From positions 558,001 through 622,000 of the forward strand of contig JAPDFW010000053.1 in the NCBI GenBank assembly GCA_028826165.1: a DNA stretch of 64,000 bases, given 5' to 3'. This DNA is from Anaeramoeba ignava BMAN (lineage: Eukaryota > Protista > Anaeramoebae). Within the stretch, counting starts at the first letter, position 1. Every line of letters begins with the position of its first letter. The notes under the pieces are model-generated. The model was not told the origin of the DNA. It saw nothing but the letters and a program-made list of their open reading frames with translations, and made no database searches. Shown here one piece after another: positions 49,199 to 63,844 of the stretch. A program made the translations under genes and the position numbers.

Positions 49199-51566
49199 TT
49201 AATTATCATTTTCATTTAAATTATCATTTTCATTTAAATTATCATTTTCATTTAAATTTTCATTTTCATTTAAATTATCATTTTCATTTAAATTTTCATT
49301 TTCATTATCTTCAAGATCAACTATTTTGTCTTCCAAATCTTCCATTTCTTTTTCTTCTTTTTTATCTTGAATAAGATCCAATTTTTGAACATTAATATTT
49401 TCAGTTAATTCAGGCATATAATCATCAACAGCATTAAACCATTTTTTGAAGCGTAAAAAAATTTTTGGATGAAATTTTTGGAAAATAAAGAAAAAACTAA
49501 CTCCATAAACAATTCCACATAAACTTCCTATAGTAACTTGTAATTTTGAATGATATCCTAAATAAACTCGTGAATAAGGAATTGGTAAAAATATTCCTCC
49601 TAATATTATGATAAGTATTGCTTTTGTTGGATTTTCATATTTTTTTCTTGATCCAAAAAGTATTTCTAATGAAAACCAAACAAAAAATACAAGTGAAGAG
49701 ACTGAATGACCTATTTAAAAAAAAGAATAGAATAAATTTTAATTTTAATTTTAATTTGATTTCAAATCAATTTCATATCAATTTTATATCAATTTTAAAT
49801 CAATTTTAATTCAATTTTAAATCAATTTTATATCAATTTTAAATCAATTTTAAATCAATTTTATATCAATTTTATATCAATTTTAAATCAATTTTAAATC
49901 AATTTTAAATCAATTTTAAATCAATTTTAATTTAATTTTAATTCAATTTTAAATCAATTTTAAATCAATTTCATATCAATTTTATATCAATTTTAAATCA
50001 ATTTCAAATCAATTTTAATTCAATTTTAAATCAATTTTAAATCAATTTTATATCAATTTTAATTCAATTTTAATTCAATTTTATATCAATTTCAATTTAG
50101 ATTTCAATTTTAAATCAATTTTAAATCAATTTTATATTAATTTTAAATCAATTTTAAATCAATTTTATATCAATTTTAAATCAATTTTAATTTAATTTTT
50201 CAATTTTAAATCAATTTTTTTTATCAATTTTAAAATTTTAAATCAATTTTATATCAATTTTTAAATCAATTTTATATCAATTTTAAATCAATTTTAAATC
50301 AATTTTAAATCGATTTCAATTCAATTTCAATTCAATTTTAAATCAATTTTAAATTAATTTTAAATCAATTTTAAATCAATTTTAAAAATCCAATTTTTAT
50401 ATCAATTTTATATCAATTTCAATTTTAGATTTCAATTTTTTAAATCAATTTTTAAATCAATTTTTATATCAATTTTTAATCCGCGAATTTTAAATCCGCA
50501 TCCAATTTTAAATCAATCAATTTTTAAATCAATTTTAAATCAATTTTAAAAATCAATTTTAAATCAATTTTTAGTATCAATTTTATATCAATTTTTCAAT
50601 TTTATCAATTTTAATTCAATTTTATTCAATTTTTCAATTTTTTATATCAATTTTAAATCAATTTTTTTCAAATCAATTTTTTTAAATCAATTTTAAATCA
50701 ATTTTATATCAATTTTTTTAATATCAATTTTTATCAATTTTAAAATCAATTTCAATTCAATTTTATATATCAATTTTATATCAATTTTTTTAATTTTTAA
50801 AATCAATTTTAATTCAATTTTTCAATTTTCAATTTTAAATCAATTTTAAATCAATTTTAAATCAATTTTATATCAATTTTAAATCAATCAATTTTATATC
50901 AATTTTATATCAATTTTTATATCAATTTTAAATCAATTTTTAAAATCAATTTTTAAATCATCAATTTTCAATTTTAAATCAATTTTTTAAATCAATTTCA
51001 TATCAATTTTAAATCAATTTTATATCAATTTTATATCAATTTTATATCAATTTTATATCAATTTTATATCAATTTTAAATCAATTTTAAATCAATTTTAA
51101 ATCAATTTTAAATCAATTTTAATTCAATTTTAATTCAATTTCAATTCAATTTCAATTCAATTTCAATTCAATTTTAATTTAGATTTTAATTTAGATTTTA
51201 ATTTAGATTTTAATTTAGATTTTAATTTAGATTTTAATTTAGATTTTTTAAATTGATTTCTTTACCAGATGGCATTCCATAAGAATCTGTACAAGCTCCT
51301 TCAGGACGATGTTCACGAACAAGATTTTTTATAATCTGGTCATTCAAAATAAAAGTTGAAAGTGCAATAATGATAAAATAAAAATTAGACATTCTTCGAT
51401 AAAATAATAAAAGAACAAATCCAGTAACATAAATAAAGTAAATAAAAAATGAATAGCATATCATTAAATATGTTAAAAATGAAAAATTAGGTCCACAAAT
51501 TTCAATAATTCCAAAGAAAAATGGTGCATAAAATTTAGCGTCTGTTTCTCTGAGAGGAAGTCCCAT
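49199..51566 (-). CDS. PAP2-family dolichyldiphosphatase-like membrane phosphatase (DOLPP1/CAX4-like); exons 51566-51266, 49710-49199
   Basis: All three PAP2 motifs are present: KNLVREHRP, YGMPSG|HS across GT-AG intron 49711-51265, and SRVYLGYHSKLQV. Confidence 0.85.
49760..51130. repeat. Intronic 11-bp minisatellite (ATCAATTTTAW)n
   Basis: Fills most of the 1555-bp intron; it is noisy in the middle. Confidence 0.9.
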
Positions 51567-51715
51567 TTTTTATTTTAAAAAAAATAAACAAAAAATTAAA
51601 AATTATAAAAGAAACAAAAATTTAAAAAAAGAAAATTGAAAAATGGTAAAAAAATCTTTTTCATTTTTTTTTATTTCTTCTTTTTTTCAATAAACAAAAA
51701 CATAAACAAAACAAA

Positions 51716-54700
51716 ATGAATAAAATTTATGAAATAATAAAAGAAAATAAAATTGAAAAAATAAAAGAAATAATAAATCAAAATATAAAAGAAATTAAAA
51801 AAAAAGAAAAAAATAAAATAATAAAATATTCAATAAAACAAAAATTAAATAAAGAAATAATTGAATATTTAATAACAAAATTAATAAATAATGATAATAA
51901 TAATAATATTAATAATATTAAAGATAAAAAAAGAAGAAATTTATTACATATTTCAATTAAAAATAAATCAAAAATTGAAATAATTGAATTATTAATTTCT
52001 AAAAGAATTAATATTAATGAAAAAGATAAAAAAGGAAAAACTGCTTTACATTTTGCATCTAAATATAATTCAATTCAAGTTATCGAATTATTAATTTCCA
52101 AAGGAATTGATATTGATTCAAAAACAATAAATAATGAAACTGCTTTACATTTTGCATGTCAAAATAATACAATTAAAGTTATCGAATATTTAATTTCAAA
52201 AGGATTTGATATTGATGAAAAAACACAATGGAAAAAAACTGCTTTACATTATGCATGTCAATATAACTCAATTAAAGTTATTGAATATTTAATTTCTAAA
52301 AGATTTGATATTAATTCAAAAACAAAATGGAACAAAACAGCTTTACATTTTGCTTGTAAAAGAAATTCAATTAAAGTTATTGAATATTTAATTTCAAAAG
52401 GATTTGATATTAATTCAAAAACAAGATGGAACAAAACAGCTTTACATTTTGCTTGTAAAAGGAATTCACTTAAAGTTATTGAATATTTGATTTCCAAAGG
52501 AATTGATATTAATGCAAAAACACTTAAAAATGAAACTGCTTTACATTTGCTTGCCAATATAATACATTGGAAGTTATTGAATATTTATTTGAAAAAGGAA
52601 TTGATATTGATACAATAACAGTCGATAATCAAACTTCTTTACATTTAGCTTGTAAAAATACAAATAATTCAATAAAAGTTATTGAATATTTAATTTCAAA
52701 AGGAGTTGATATTAATACAACAACAAGATGGAATGAAACTGTTTTACATTATGCTTGCCAAAATAATTCACTTGAAGTTATTAAATATTTAATCTCCAAA
52801 GGAATTGATATTAATGAAAAAACAGATAAAAATCAAACTGTTTTACATTTTGCTTGTAAAAACAATTCAATTCAAGTTATTGAATATTTGATTTCCAAAG
52901 GAATTGATATCTATGAAAAAACCAAATATAATGAAACAGTTTTACATTACGCTTGCCGAGATAATTCACTTGAAGTTATTGAATATTTAGTTTCTAAAGA
53001 AATTGATATTAATGCAAAAACAAATAACTATGAAACTGCTTTACATTTAGCTTGCCAAAATAATTCAATTGAAGTTATTGAATATTTGATTTCAAAAGGA
53101 ATTGATATTAATGCAAAAATGAAGATGATGAAACATATCTACATTTAGCTTGCCGAAATAAATCACTTCAAATAGTTCAATATTTAGTTGAAAAAGGGGT
53201 TGATATTAATGCAAAGTCAAATTTCAATGAAACTGCTTTGCATGTTGCTTGTTGGATGAATTCATCACTTGAAGTTATTGAATATTTAATTTCTAAAGGA
53301 CTTGATATTAATGCAAAAACATACTTCAATGAAACAGTTTTACATTATGTTTGTTGGATGAATTCATCATTTAAAATTATTAAATTTTTAGTTGAAAAAG
53401 GAGTTGATATTAATGCATTAACAGATCAAAATCAAACTGTTTTACATTATTTTTGTATAAATAATTCAACAATAAAAATTATTAAATATTTAATTTCCAA
53501 AGGAGTTGATATAAATGCATTAACAGATCAAAATGAATCACCTTTACATATTGCTTGCAAAAACAAAGTATCAATTGAGCTTATTGAATATTTTATTTCT
53601 AAAGGAATTGATATTAATGCAAAAACAATAAATAATGAAACAATTTTGCACATTGCTTGCAGAAACAAAGTATCCTTTGAAATTATTGAATATTTAGTTG
53701 AAAAAGGAATTGATATTAATGCAAAAAACAAATCAAAATCAAACTGCTTTACATTATGCTTGTCAATACAATTCATCATTTGAAGTTATCAAATATTTGA
53801 TTGAAAAAGGAATTGATATTAATGCAAAAACAAATCAAAACGAAACACTTTTACATTTATCTTGTCAAAACAATCCTCCAATTAAAGTTATCAAATATTT
53901 GATTGAAAAAGGAATTGATATTAATGCAAAAACAAATCAAAACCAAACTGCTTTACATTTCGCTTGTAAAAACAATTCATTTGAAGTTATTGAATATTTA
54001 ATTTCAAAAGGAATTGATATAAATACAAAAACAAATAATAATGAAACTTCTTTACATTTTGCTTGTAAATATGATTTACCTCTTCAAATTATCAAATATT
54101 TAGTTGAAAAAGGAATTGATATTAATGCAAAAACAAATAGAAATGAAACTGCTTTACATTATGTTTGTCAAAATAATTCAATTCATATTGTTAAATATTT
54201 GATTGAAAAAGGGATTGATATAAATGCAAAAACAAATAAAAATGAAACTGCTTTACATTTTGCTTGTCAATACAATTTTTTCCAACTTATACAATGTTTA
54301 ATTTCAAAAGGAATTGATATTAATGCAAAAACAAATAGAAACCAAACTGCTTTACATTTTGCTTGTCTAAATAATCCTTCATTTAAAGTTATTGAATATT
54401 TAATTTCAAAAGGAATTGATATTAATGCAAAAACAAATCAAAATGAAACTGCTTTACATTATGTTTGTCAATTCAATTCAATATCAATTATTGAATATTT
54501 TATTTCCAAAGGAATTGATATAAATGCAAAAACTAAATATAATGAAACAGTTCTTTCTTTATCAATTAAAAATGAAAATGAAAATTTAATCAAATTTTTA
54601 TTAATGAATGATATTGATATTGATTCTTTGAAACAAAATCAAATTACAAATCAATTTATTAATTTATTTTTCCAAATTTATTCAATTAATCAAGATTTGA

Positions 54701-55575
54701 ATAATTTATTGAAATCAAATAATCAATTTTCAGATTTAATAATTCAATCAAATGATTCATTTAAATTTAAAGTTCATAAATTAATATTATTAACAAGATT
54801 TGATAATAATGAATTAATTTTACAAAAATTTATTAATAATTGTTATCAAAAATCGAAAAAGAAATTGAAATTATTTTAAATTTTATTTATACTGGATTTT
54901 ATAATTTTGATAAATTTATTGAAAAATTAAATTATAAAATTAATCAAAATCAAAAATCAAAATCAAAATGAAAATCAAAATCAAAATCAAAATGAAAATG
55001 AAAATGAAAATGAAAATGAAAATGAAAATCAAAATCAAAATGAAAATGAAAATGAAAATCAAAATGAAAATGAAAATGAAAATGAAAATGAAAATGAAAA
55101 TCAAAATGAAAATGAAAATGAAAATGAAAATGAAATTATTTATAATTTTTTTAAAGAAATTGAAATTGATTCAAAATGGATTGAAAATAAAAAAGGAAGA
55201 AAAGGAATAATAAAAGATTTATCAAAATTATATAAAGAAAATGAAACAAAAGATTTTACAATAATTGTTTCAGAAGAAAAACAAATTAAAGTTCATAAAT
55301 TAATATTAATAATAAGAAGTGAATTATTTAAAGCAATGTTTGAATTAAATATTCAAGATTTATCAAATCAAGTTCATGATTATTCAAAAAAATCAAATGA
55401 AACAATTCAACAATTAATTTATTTCTTTTATCATGATAAATTTAATAATGAAGAAGAAATTATTAAAAAAATTAATGAAGAAATAATTTCAGAAGAATTT
55501 GAAGATTTAAAAGATTATTATCAATTAAATCAAAATTCAATTATTGATTTAATTTTAAAAGAATTAAAAATTTAA
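51716..55575 (+). CDS. Ankyrin-repeat + tandem BTB protein B1 (about 27 ANK repeats)
   Basis: TALH-type repeats, then YSINQDL..BTB-BTB. Indels at about 52546, 53118, 53725, 54857 and 54953. Confidence 0.85.
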
Positions 55576-55687
55576 ATTTTTTTTAATTTTTTTCATTTTT
55601 TTCATTTTTTTTCTTTTCAAATTTAATAAACAAAATAAAAACAATAAAATTAATAAATAAAAACAAAAACAAAAACACAATAAAAAA

Positions 55688-58600
55688 ATGAATAAAATTT
55701 ATGAAATAATAAAAGAAAATAAAATTGAAAAAATAAAAGAAATAATAAACCAAATTATAAAAGAAATTAAAAAAAAAGAAAAAAATAAAATAATAAAATA
55801 TTCAATAAAACAAAAATTAAATAAAGAAATAATTGAATATTTAATAACAAAATTAATAAATGATAATGATAATAATATTAATATTAATAATATTAAAGAT
55901 AAAAAAAGAAGAAATTTATTACATATTTCAATTAAAAATAAATCAAAAATTGAAATAATTGAATATTTAATTTCTAAAAGAATTAATATTAATGAAAAAG
56001 ATAAAAAAGGAAAAACTGCTTTACATTTTGCATCTAAATATAATTCACTTGAAGTTATTGAATTATTAATTTCCAAAGGAATTGATATTAATTCAAAAGC
56101 AACATGGAATGAAACTGCTTTACATTATGCCTGCCAATATAATTCAATTGAAGTTATTGAATACTTAATTTCTAAAGGATTTGATATTGATGAAAAAACA
56201 ATTAAAAATGAAACTGCTTTACATTTTGCTTGTAAAAGAAATTCAATTCAAGTTATTGAATATTTAATTTCTAAAGGAATTGATGTTGATTCAAGAACAA
56301 ATCAAAATCAAATTGCTTTACATTATGCTTGCAAAAAGAATAAAATCCAAGTTATTGAATATTTAATCTCAAAAGAAATTGATATTAATTCAAGAACAAA
56401 TCAAAATGAAACTGCTTTACATTATGCTTGTAAAAGAAATTCAATTGAAGTTATTGAATATTTAATTTCTAAAGGAATTGATATTGATTCAAAAACAAAT
56501 TGGAATGAAACTGCTTTACATTTTGCTTGTAAAAGAAATTCAATCCAAGTTATTGAATATTTAATTTCCAAAGGAATTGATATTAAAGAAAAAACAAGAT
56601 GGAATGAAACCGCTTTACATTTTGCCTCTAAAAATAATTCACTTGAAGTTATTGAATATTTAATTTCTAAAGGAATTGATATTAATGCAGAAACTGAAGA
56701 TAAAGAAACTGCTTTACATTTTGCTTGTAAAAACAATAAAGTTGAAGTTATTCAATATTTAATCTCAAAAGGAATTGATATCAATACAACAACAGTTGAA
56801 AATGAAACTGCTTTACATTATGCTTGCCAATATAATGCACCATTTAAAGTTATTGATTATTTAATTTCCAAAGGAATTGATATTAATACAAAAACAAAAA
56901 TGAACGAAACACCTTTATGTTATGCCTGTAAAAATACAAATAATTCACTTAAAGTTATTGAATATTTAATTTCAAAAGGAATTGATATCAACGAAAAAAC
57001 AAGATGGAATGAAACTGCTTTACATTATGCCTGTCGAGATAATGCACCATTTGAAGTTATTAAATATTTAATCTCCAAAGGAATTGATATTAATGCAAAC
57101 AATTCAAAACAAAACTGTTTTACATTACGCTTGTCAAAATAATTCACTTAAACTTATTGAATATTTAATTTCAAAAGGAATTGATATTAATGCAAAAACA
57201 AATCAAAATGAAACTGCTTTACATTTTGCTTGCAAAAGGAATACATTTAAAGTTATTAAATATTTAATTTCTAAAGGAATTGATATTAATGCAAAAACAA
57301 CTCAAAATGAAACTGCTTTACATTTAATTTTCCAAAATAATTCATCAATTAAAGTTATTGAATATTTAATTTCCAAAGGAATTGATATTAATGCAAAAAC
57401 AAATCAAAACCAAACACTTTTGCATCTAGCTTGCGAATATAACAACACATTTAAAGTTATTGAATATTTGATCTCCAAAGGAATTGATATTCATGTAAAA
57501 ACAAGTTACGATGAAACAGTGCTACATACAGCTTGCCAAAATAATTCATCAATTGAGATTATTAAATATTTAGTTTCCAAAGGAATTAATATTAATGCAA
57601 AAACAGATTTTAATGAAACTGCTTTACATTTAGCTTTTCAAAATAATTCATCAATTGAAGTTATTGAATATTTAATTGAAAAAGGAATTGATATAAATGC
57701 AAAAACAATAGATAATGAAGCTGCTTTACATATTGCTTGCAAAAACAAAGTATCAATTGAGCTTATTGAATATTTGGTTTCTAAAGGAATTGATATTAAT
57801 GCATTAACAAATATTAATAAAAATGTTTTACATTTTGCTTGTCAAAAGAATTCACTTGAAATTATTGAATATTTAGTTGAAAAAGGAATTGATATAAATG
57901 CAAAAACAAATAGAAATGAAACAGCTTTACATTTTGCTTGTGAAAATAATTCAATTCAAGTTGTTAAATATTTAGTTTCAAATGGAATTGATATTAATGC
58001 AAAAACAATGTGGAATGAAACTGCTTTACATTTTGCTTGTATAAACAATGCATCATTTGAAGTTATCAAATATTTGATTGAAAAAGGAATTGATATTAAT
58101 GCAAAAACAAATCAAAACCAAACTGCTTTACATTTTGCTTGCCAAAACAATTCTATTGAAGTTATTGAATATTTAATTTCTAAAGGAATTAATATTAATG
58201 CAAAAACAAATCAAAATGAAACTGCTTTACATTTCGCTTGTAAATATGATTTACCTCTTCAAATTATCAAATATTTAGTTGAAAAAGGAATTGATATTAA
58301 TGCAAAAACAAATAGAAATGAAACTGCTTTACATTTTGTTTGTCAAAATAATTCAATTCAAATTATCAAATATTTAGTTGAAAAAGGAATTGATATAAAT
58401 ATAAAAACAAATCAAAATGAAACTGCTTTACATTTTGCTTGTCAATACAATTTTTTCCAACTTATACAATGTTTAATTTCTAATGGAATTGATATTAATG
58501 CAAAAACAAATAGAAATCAAACTGCTTTACATTTTGCTTGTCAGAATAATCCTTCATTAGAAGTTATTGAATATTTAATTTCTAAATGGAATTGATATTA

Positions 58601-59651
58601 ATGCAAAAACAAATCAAAATGAAACTGCTTTACATTTTGTTTGTAAATTTAATTCAATATCAATTATTGAATATTTGATTTCCAAAGGAATTGATATAAA
58701 TGCAAAAACTAAATATAATGAAACAGTTCTTTCTTTATCAATTAAAAATGAAAATGAAAATTTAATCAAATTTTTATTAATGAATGATATTGATATTGAT
58801 TCTTTGAAACAAAATCAAATTACAAATCAATTTATTAATTTATTTTTCCAAATTTATTCAATTAATCAAGATTTGAATAATTTATTAAAATCAAATAATC
58901 AATTTTCAGATTTAATAATTCAATCAAATGATTCATTTAAATTTAAAGTTCATAAATTAATATTATTAACAAGATTTGATAATAATGAATTAATTTTACA
59001 AAAATTTATTAATAATTGTTATCAAAAATCAAAAAAAGAAATTGAAATTATTTTAAATTTTATTTATACTGGATTTTATAATTTTGATAAATTTACTGAA
59101 AAATTAAATTATAAAATTAATCAAAATCAAAATCAAAATGAAAATGAAAATGAAAATCAAAATCAAAATCAAAATGAAAATGAAAATGAAAATGAAAATG
59201 AAAAATGAAATTATTTATAATTTTTTTAAAGAAATTGAAATTGATTCAAAATGGATTGAAAATAAAAAAGGAAGAAAAGGAATAATAAAAGATTTATCCA
59301 AATTATATAAAGAAAATGAAACAAAAGATTTTACAATTATTGTTTCAGAAGAAAAACAAATTAAAGTTCATAAATTAATATTAATAATAAGAAGTGAATT
59401 ATTTAAAGCAATGTTTGAATTAAATATTCAAGATTTATCAAATAAAGTTCATGATTATTCAAAAAAATCAAATGAAACAATTCAATCAATTAATTTATTT
59501 TTTTTATCATGATAAATTTAATAATGAAGAAGAAATTATTAAAAAAATTAATGAAGAAACAATTTCAGAAGAATTTGAAGATTTAAAAGATTATTATCAA
59601 TTAAATCAAAATTCAATTATTGATTTAATTTTAAAAGAATTAAAAATTTAA
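55688..59651 (+). CDS. Ankyrin-repeat + tandem BTB protein B2 (about 29 ANK repeats)
   Basis: Near-identical N-terminus and tail to B1. Indels at about 57098, 58587, 59203 and in 59486-59505. Confidence 0.85.
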
Positions 59652-59763
59652 ATTTTTTTTTAATTTTTTCATTTTTTTCATTTTTTTTCTTTTCAAATTT
59701 AATAAACAAAATAAAAACAATAAAATTAATAAATAAAAACAAAAACAAAAACAAAATAAAAAA

Positions 59764-62700
59764 ATGAATAAAATTTATGAAATAATAAAAGAAAATAAAA
59801 TTGAAAAAATAAAAGAAATAATAAACCAAAATATAAAAGAAATTAAAAAAAAAGAAAAAAATAAAATAATAAAATATTCAATAAAACAAAAATTAAATAA
59901 AGAAATAATTGAATATTTAATAACAAAATTAATAAATAATAATGATAATATTAATATTAATAATATTAAAGATAAAAAAAGAAGAAATTTATTACATATT
60001 TCAATTAAAAATAAATCAAAAATTGAAATTATTGAATTATTAATTTCTAAAAAAATTAATATTAATGAAAAAGATAAAAAAGGAAAAACTGCTTTACATT
60101 TTGCATCTAAATATAATTCAATTCCAGTTATCGAATTATTAATTTCCAAAGGAATTAATATTAATTCAAGAACAATAAAAAATAAAACTGCTTTACATTT
60201 TGCTTGTAAATATAATTCAATTCAAGTTATTGAATACTTAATTTCTAAAGGATTTAATATTAATTCAAAAACTGAAGATAATGAAACAATATTGCATTTT
60301 GCATGCAAAAGAAATACACTTGAAGTTATTGAATATTTAATTTCAAAAGGAATTGATATTGATTCAAGAACAATAAATAATGAAACTGTTTTACATTTTG
60401 CATGTCAAAATAATTCAATTCAAGTTATTGAATATTTAATTTCAAAAGGATTAACTGTTAAAGAAACATCAATTGATAATATAACATCATTACATTATGC
60501 TTGTAAAAGAAATACACTTGAAGTTATTAAATATTTAATTTCTAAAGGAATTGATATTAATGTAAAAACAAAAATGAATGAAAATGCTTTACATTTTGCA
60601 TGTAAAAATAATTCAATTAAAGTTATTGAATATTTGATTTCAAAAGGAATTGATATTAAAGAAAAAACAAGATGGAACAAAACAGCTTTACATTATGCCT
60701 GTCGAGATAATTCACTTAAAGTTATTGAATATTTGATTTCAAAAGGAATTGATATTAATACAACAACAAGATGGAATAAAACTGCTTTACATTATGCTTG
60801 CAAAAACAATAAACTTGAAGTTATTGATTATTTAATCTTAAAAGAAGCTGATATTAATGCAACAACTGAAGATAATGAAACTACTTTACATTTAGCTTGT
60901 AAATACAACTCTATTAAAGTTATTGAATATTTAATCTCAAAAGGAATTGATATCAATACAACAACAAAATGGAATGAAACTGCGTTACATTATGCTTGCA
61001 AATATAATGCACCATTTAAAGTTATTAAATATTTAATTTCCAAAGGAATTGATATTAATGAAAAAACATATAAAAATCAAACACTTTTACATTTAATTTG
61101 TGAAAAGATCACATCACTTGAAGTTATTGAATATTTGATTTCCAAAGGAATTGATATCTATGAAAAAACCAAATATAATGAAACAGTTTTACATTACGCT
61201 TGTCAAAATAATTCACTTGAAGTTATTAAATATTTAATTTCAAAAGGAATTGATATTAATGCAAAAACAAGGTGGAATGAAACAATATTACATTTAGCTT
61301 GCCAAAATAATTCAATTGAAGTTATTAAATATTTAATTTCAAAAGGACTTGATATTAATGCAAAAAGTGAAGATCATGAAACACCTCTACATTTTGCTTG
61401 CCGAAATAAATCACTTCAAATAGTTCAATATTTAGTTGAAAAAGGAGTTGATATTAATGCAAAATCAGATTTCAATGAAACTGCTTTACATGTTGCTTGC
61501 TGGATGAATTCACTTGAAGTTATTAAATATTTAATTTCTAAAGGACTTGATATTAATGCAAAAACAGATAGAAATCAAACACCTTTATATGTAGCTTTAA
61601 ATTTAAATTCATTTCAAGTTATTGAATATTTAGTTGAAAAAGGAATTGATATAAATGCATTAACAGATCAAAATGAAACTGCTTTACATCTAGCTTCTCA
61701 AAATAATTCAGCAATTAAAGTTATCGAATATTTAATTTCCAAAGGAATTAATATTAATGCATTAACAAGTATTAATGAAACTGCTTTACATTATGCTTGT
61801 GAAAATAATTCATCAATTGAGCTTATAAAATATTTAATTTCTAAAGGAATTGATATTAATGCAAAAACAATAAATAATGAAACAATTTTGCACATTGCTT
61901 GCAAAAACAAATTATCTTTTGAAATTATTGAATATTTAGTTGAAAAAGGAATTGATATAAATGAAAAAACAAATCAAAATCAAACTGCTTTACATTTATG
62001 CTTGTCAATACAATTCATCATTTGAAGTTATCAAATATTTGATTGAAAAAGGAATTGATATAAATGAAAAAACAAATCAAAACGAAACACTTTTACATTT
62101 ATCTTGTCAAAACAATCCTTCATTGAAAGTTGTTGAATATTTAGTTGAAAAAGGAATTGATATTAATGCAAAAACAAATCAAAACCAAACTGCTTTACAT
62201 TTTGCTTGTAAAAACAATTCATTTGAAGTTATTGAATATTTAGCTTGAAAAAGGAATTGATATAAATACAAAAACAAATAATAATGAAACTGCTTTACAT
62301 TTTGCTTGTAAAAACAATTCATCACTTCAAATTATCAAATATTTGATTGAAAAAGGAATTGATATTAATGCAAAAACAAATCAAAATGAAACTGCTTTAC
62401 ATTTTGCTTGTCAAGATAATTCAATTCATATTGTCAAATATTTGATTGAAAAAGGAATTGATATAAAAGAAAAAACAAATCAAAATGAAACTGCTTTACA
62501 TTTTGCTTGTGAAAACAATTTTTTCCAACTTATACAATGTTTAATTTCTAATGGAATTGATATTAATGCAAAAACAAATAAAAATCAAACTGCTTTACAT
62601 TTTGCTTGTCAAAATAATCCTTCATTAAAAGTTATTAACTATTTAATTTCAAAAGGAATTGATATTAATGCAAAAACAAATCAAAATGAAACTGCTTTAC

Positions 62701-63737
62701 ATTTTGTTTGTCAATTCAATTCAATTAAAGTTATTGAATATTTGATTTCAAATGGAATTGATATAAATGCAAAAACAAATAGAAATGAAACAGTTCTTTC
62801 TTTATCAATTAAAAATGAAAATGAAAATTTAATCAAATTTTTATTAATGAATGATATTGATATTGATTCTTTGAAACAAAATCAAATTACAAATCAATTT
62901 ATTAATTTATTTTTCCAAATTTATTCAATTAATCAAGATTTGAATAATTTATTAAAATCAAATAATCAATTTTCAGATTTAATAATTCAATCAAATGATT
63001 CATTTAAATTTAAAGTTCATAAATTAATATTATTAACAAGATTTGATAATAATGAATTAATTTTACAAAAATTTATTAATAATTGTTATCAAAAATCAAA
63101 AAAAGAAATTGAAATTATTTTAAATTTTATTTATACTGGATTTTATAATTTTGATAAATTTACTGAAAAATTAAATTATAAAATTAATCAAAATGAAAAT
63201 CAAAATGAAAATCAAAATCAAAATCAAAATGAAAATGAAAATGAAAATCAAATTGAAAATCAAAATGAAAATCAAAATCAAAATGAAAATGAAAATGAAA
63301 TTATTTATAATTTTTTTAAAGAAATTGAAATTGATTCAAAATGGATTGAAAATAAAAAAGGAAGAAAAGGAATAATAAAAGATTTATCCAAATTATATAA
63401 AGAAAATGAAACAAAAGATTTTACAATTATTGTTTCAGAAGAAAAACAAATTAAAGTTCATAAATTAATATTAATAATAAGAAGTGAATTATTTAAAGCA
63501 ATGTTTGAATTAAATATTCAAGATTTATCAAATAAAGTTCATGATTATTCAAAAAAATCAAATGAAACAATTAATCAATTAATTTATTTTTATCATGATA
63601 AATTTAATAATGAAGAAGAAATTATTAAAAAAATTAATGAAGAAATAATTTCAGAAGAATTTGAAGATTTAAAAGATTATTATCAATTAAATCAAAATTC
63701 AATAATTGATTTAATTTTAAAAGAATTAAAAATTTAA
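59764..63737 (+). CDS. Ankyrin-repeat + tandem BTB protein B3 (about 29 ANK repeats)
   Basis: Same architecture; indels at about 61996 and 62244. Confidence 0.85.
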
Positions 63738-63844
63738 TTTTTAATTTTTCATTTTTCATTTTTTTTCATTTTTCAAATTTAATAAACAAAATAAAAACAA
63801 TAAAATTAATAAACAAAAACAAAAACAAAAACAAAATAAAAAAA

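Noticed and set aside
51980-62820. Diversity-generating retroelement as the source of ankyrin variation
   Set aside because: No reverse transcriptase or non-coding template repeat in the window, and the differences are not visibly limited to adenines.
1594-63737. Conserved His-x-x-Cys in nearly every ankyrin repeat as a metal or redox ladder
   Set aside because: LHxAC is a common ankyrin consensus variant; nothing else here supports a special role.
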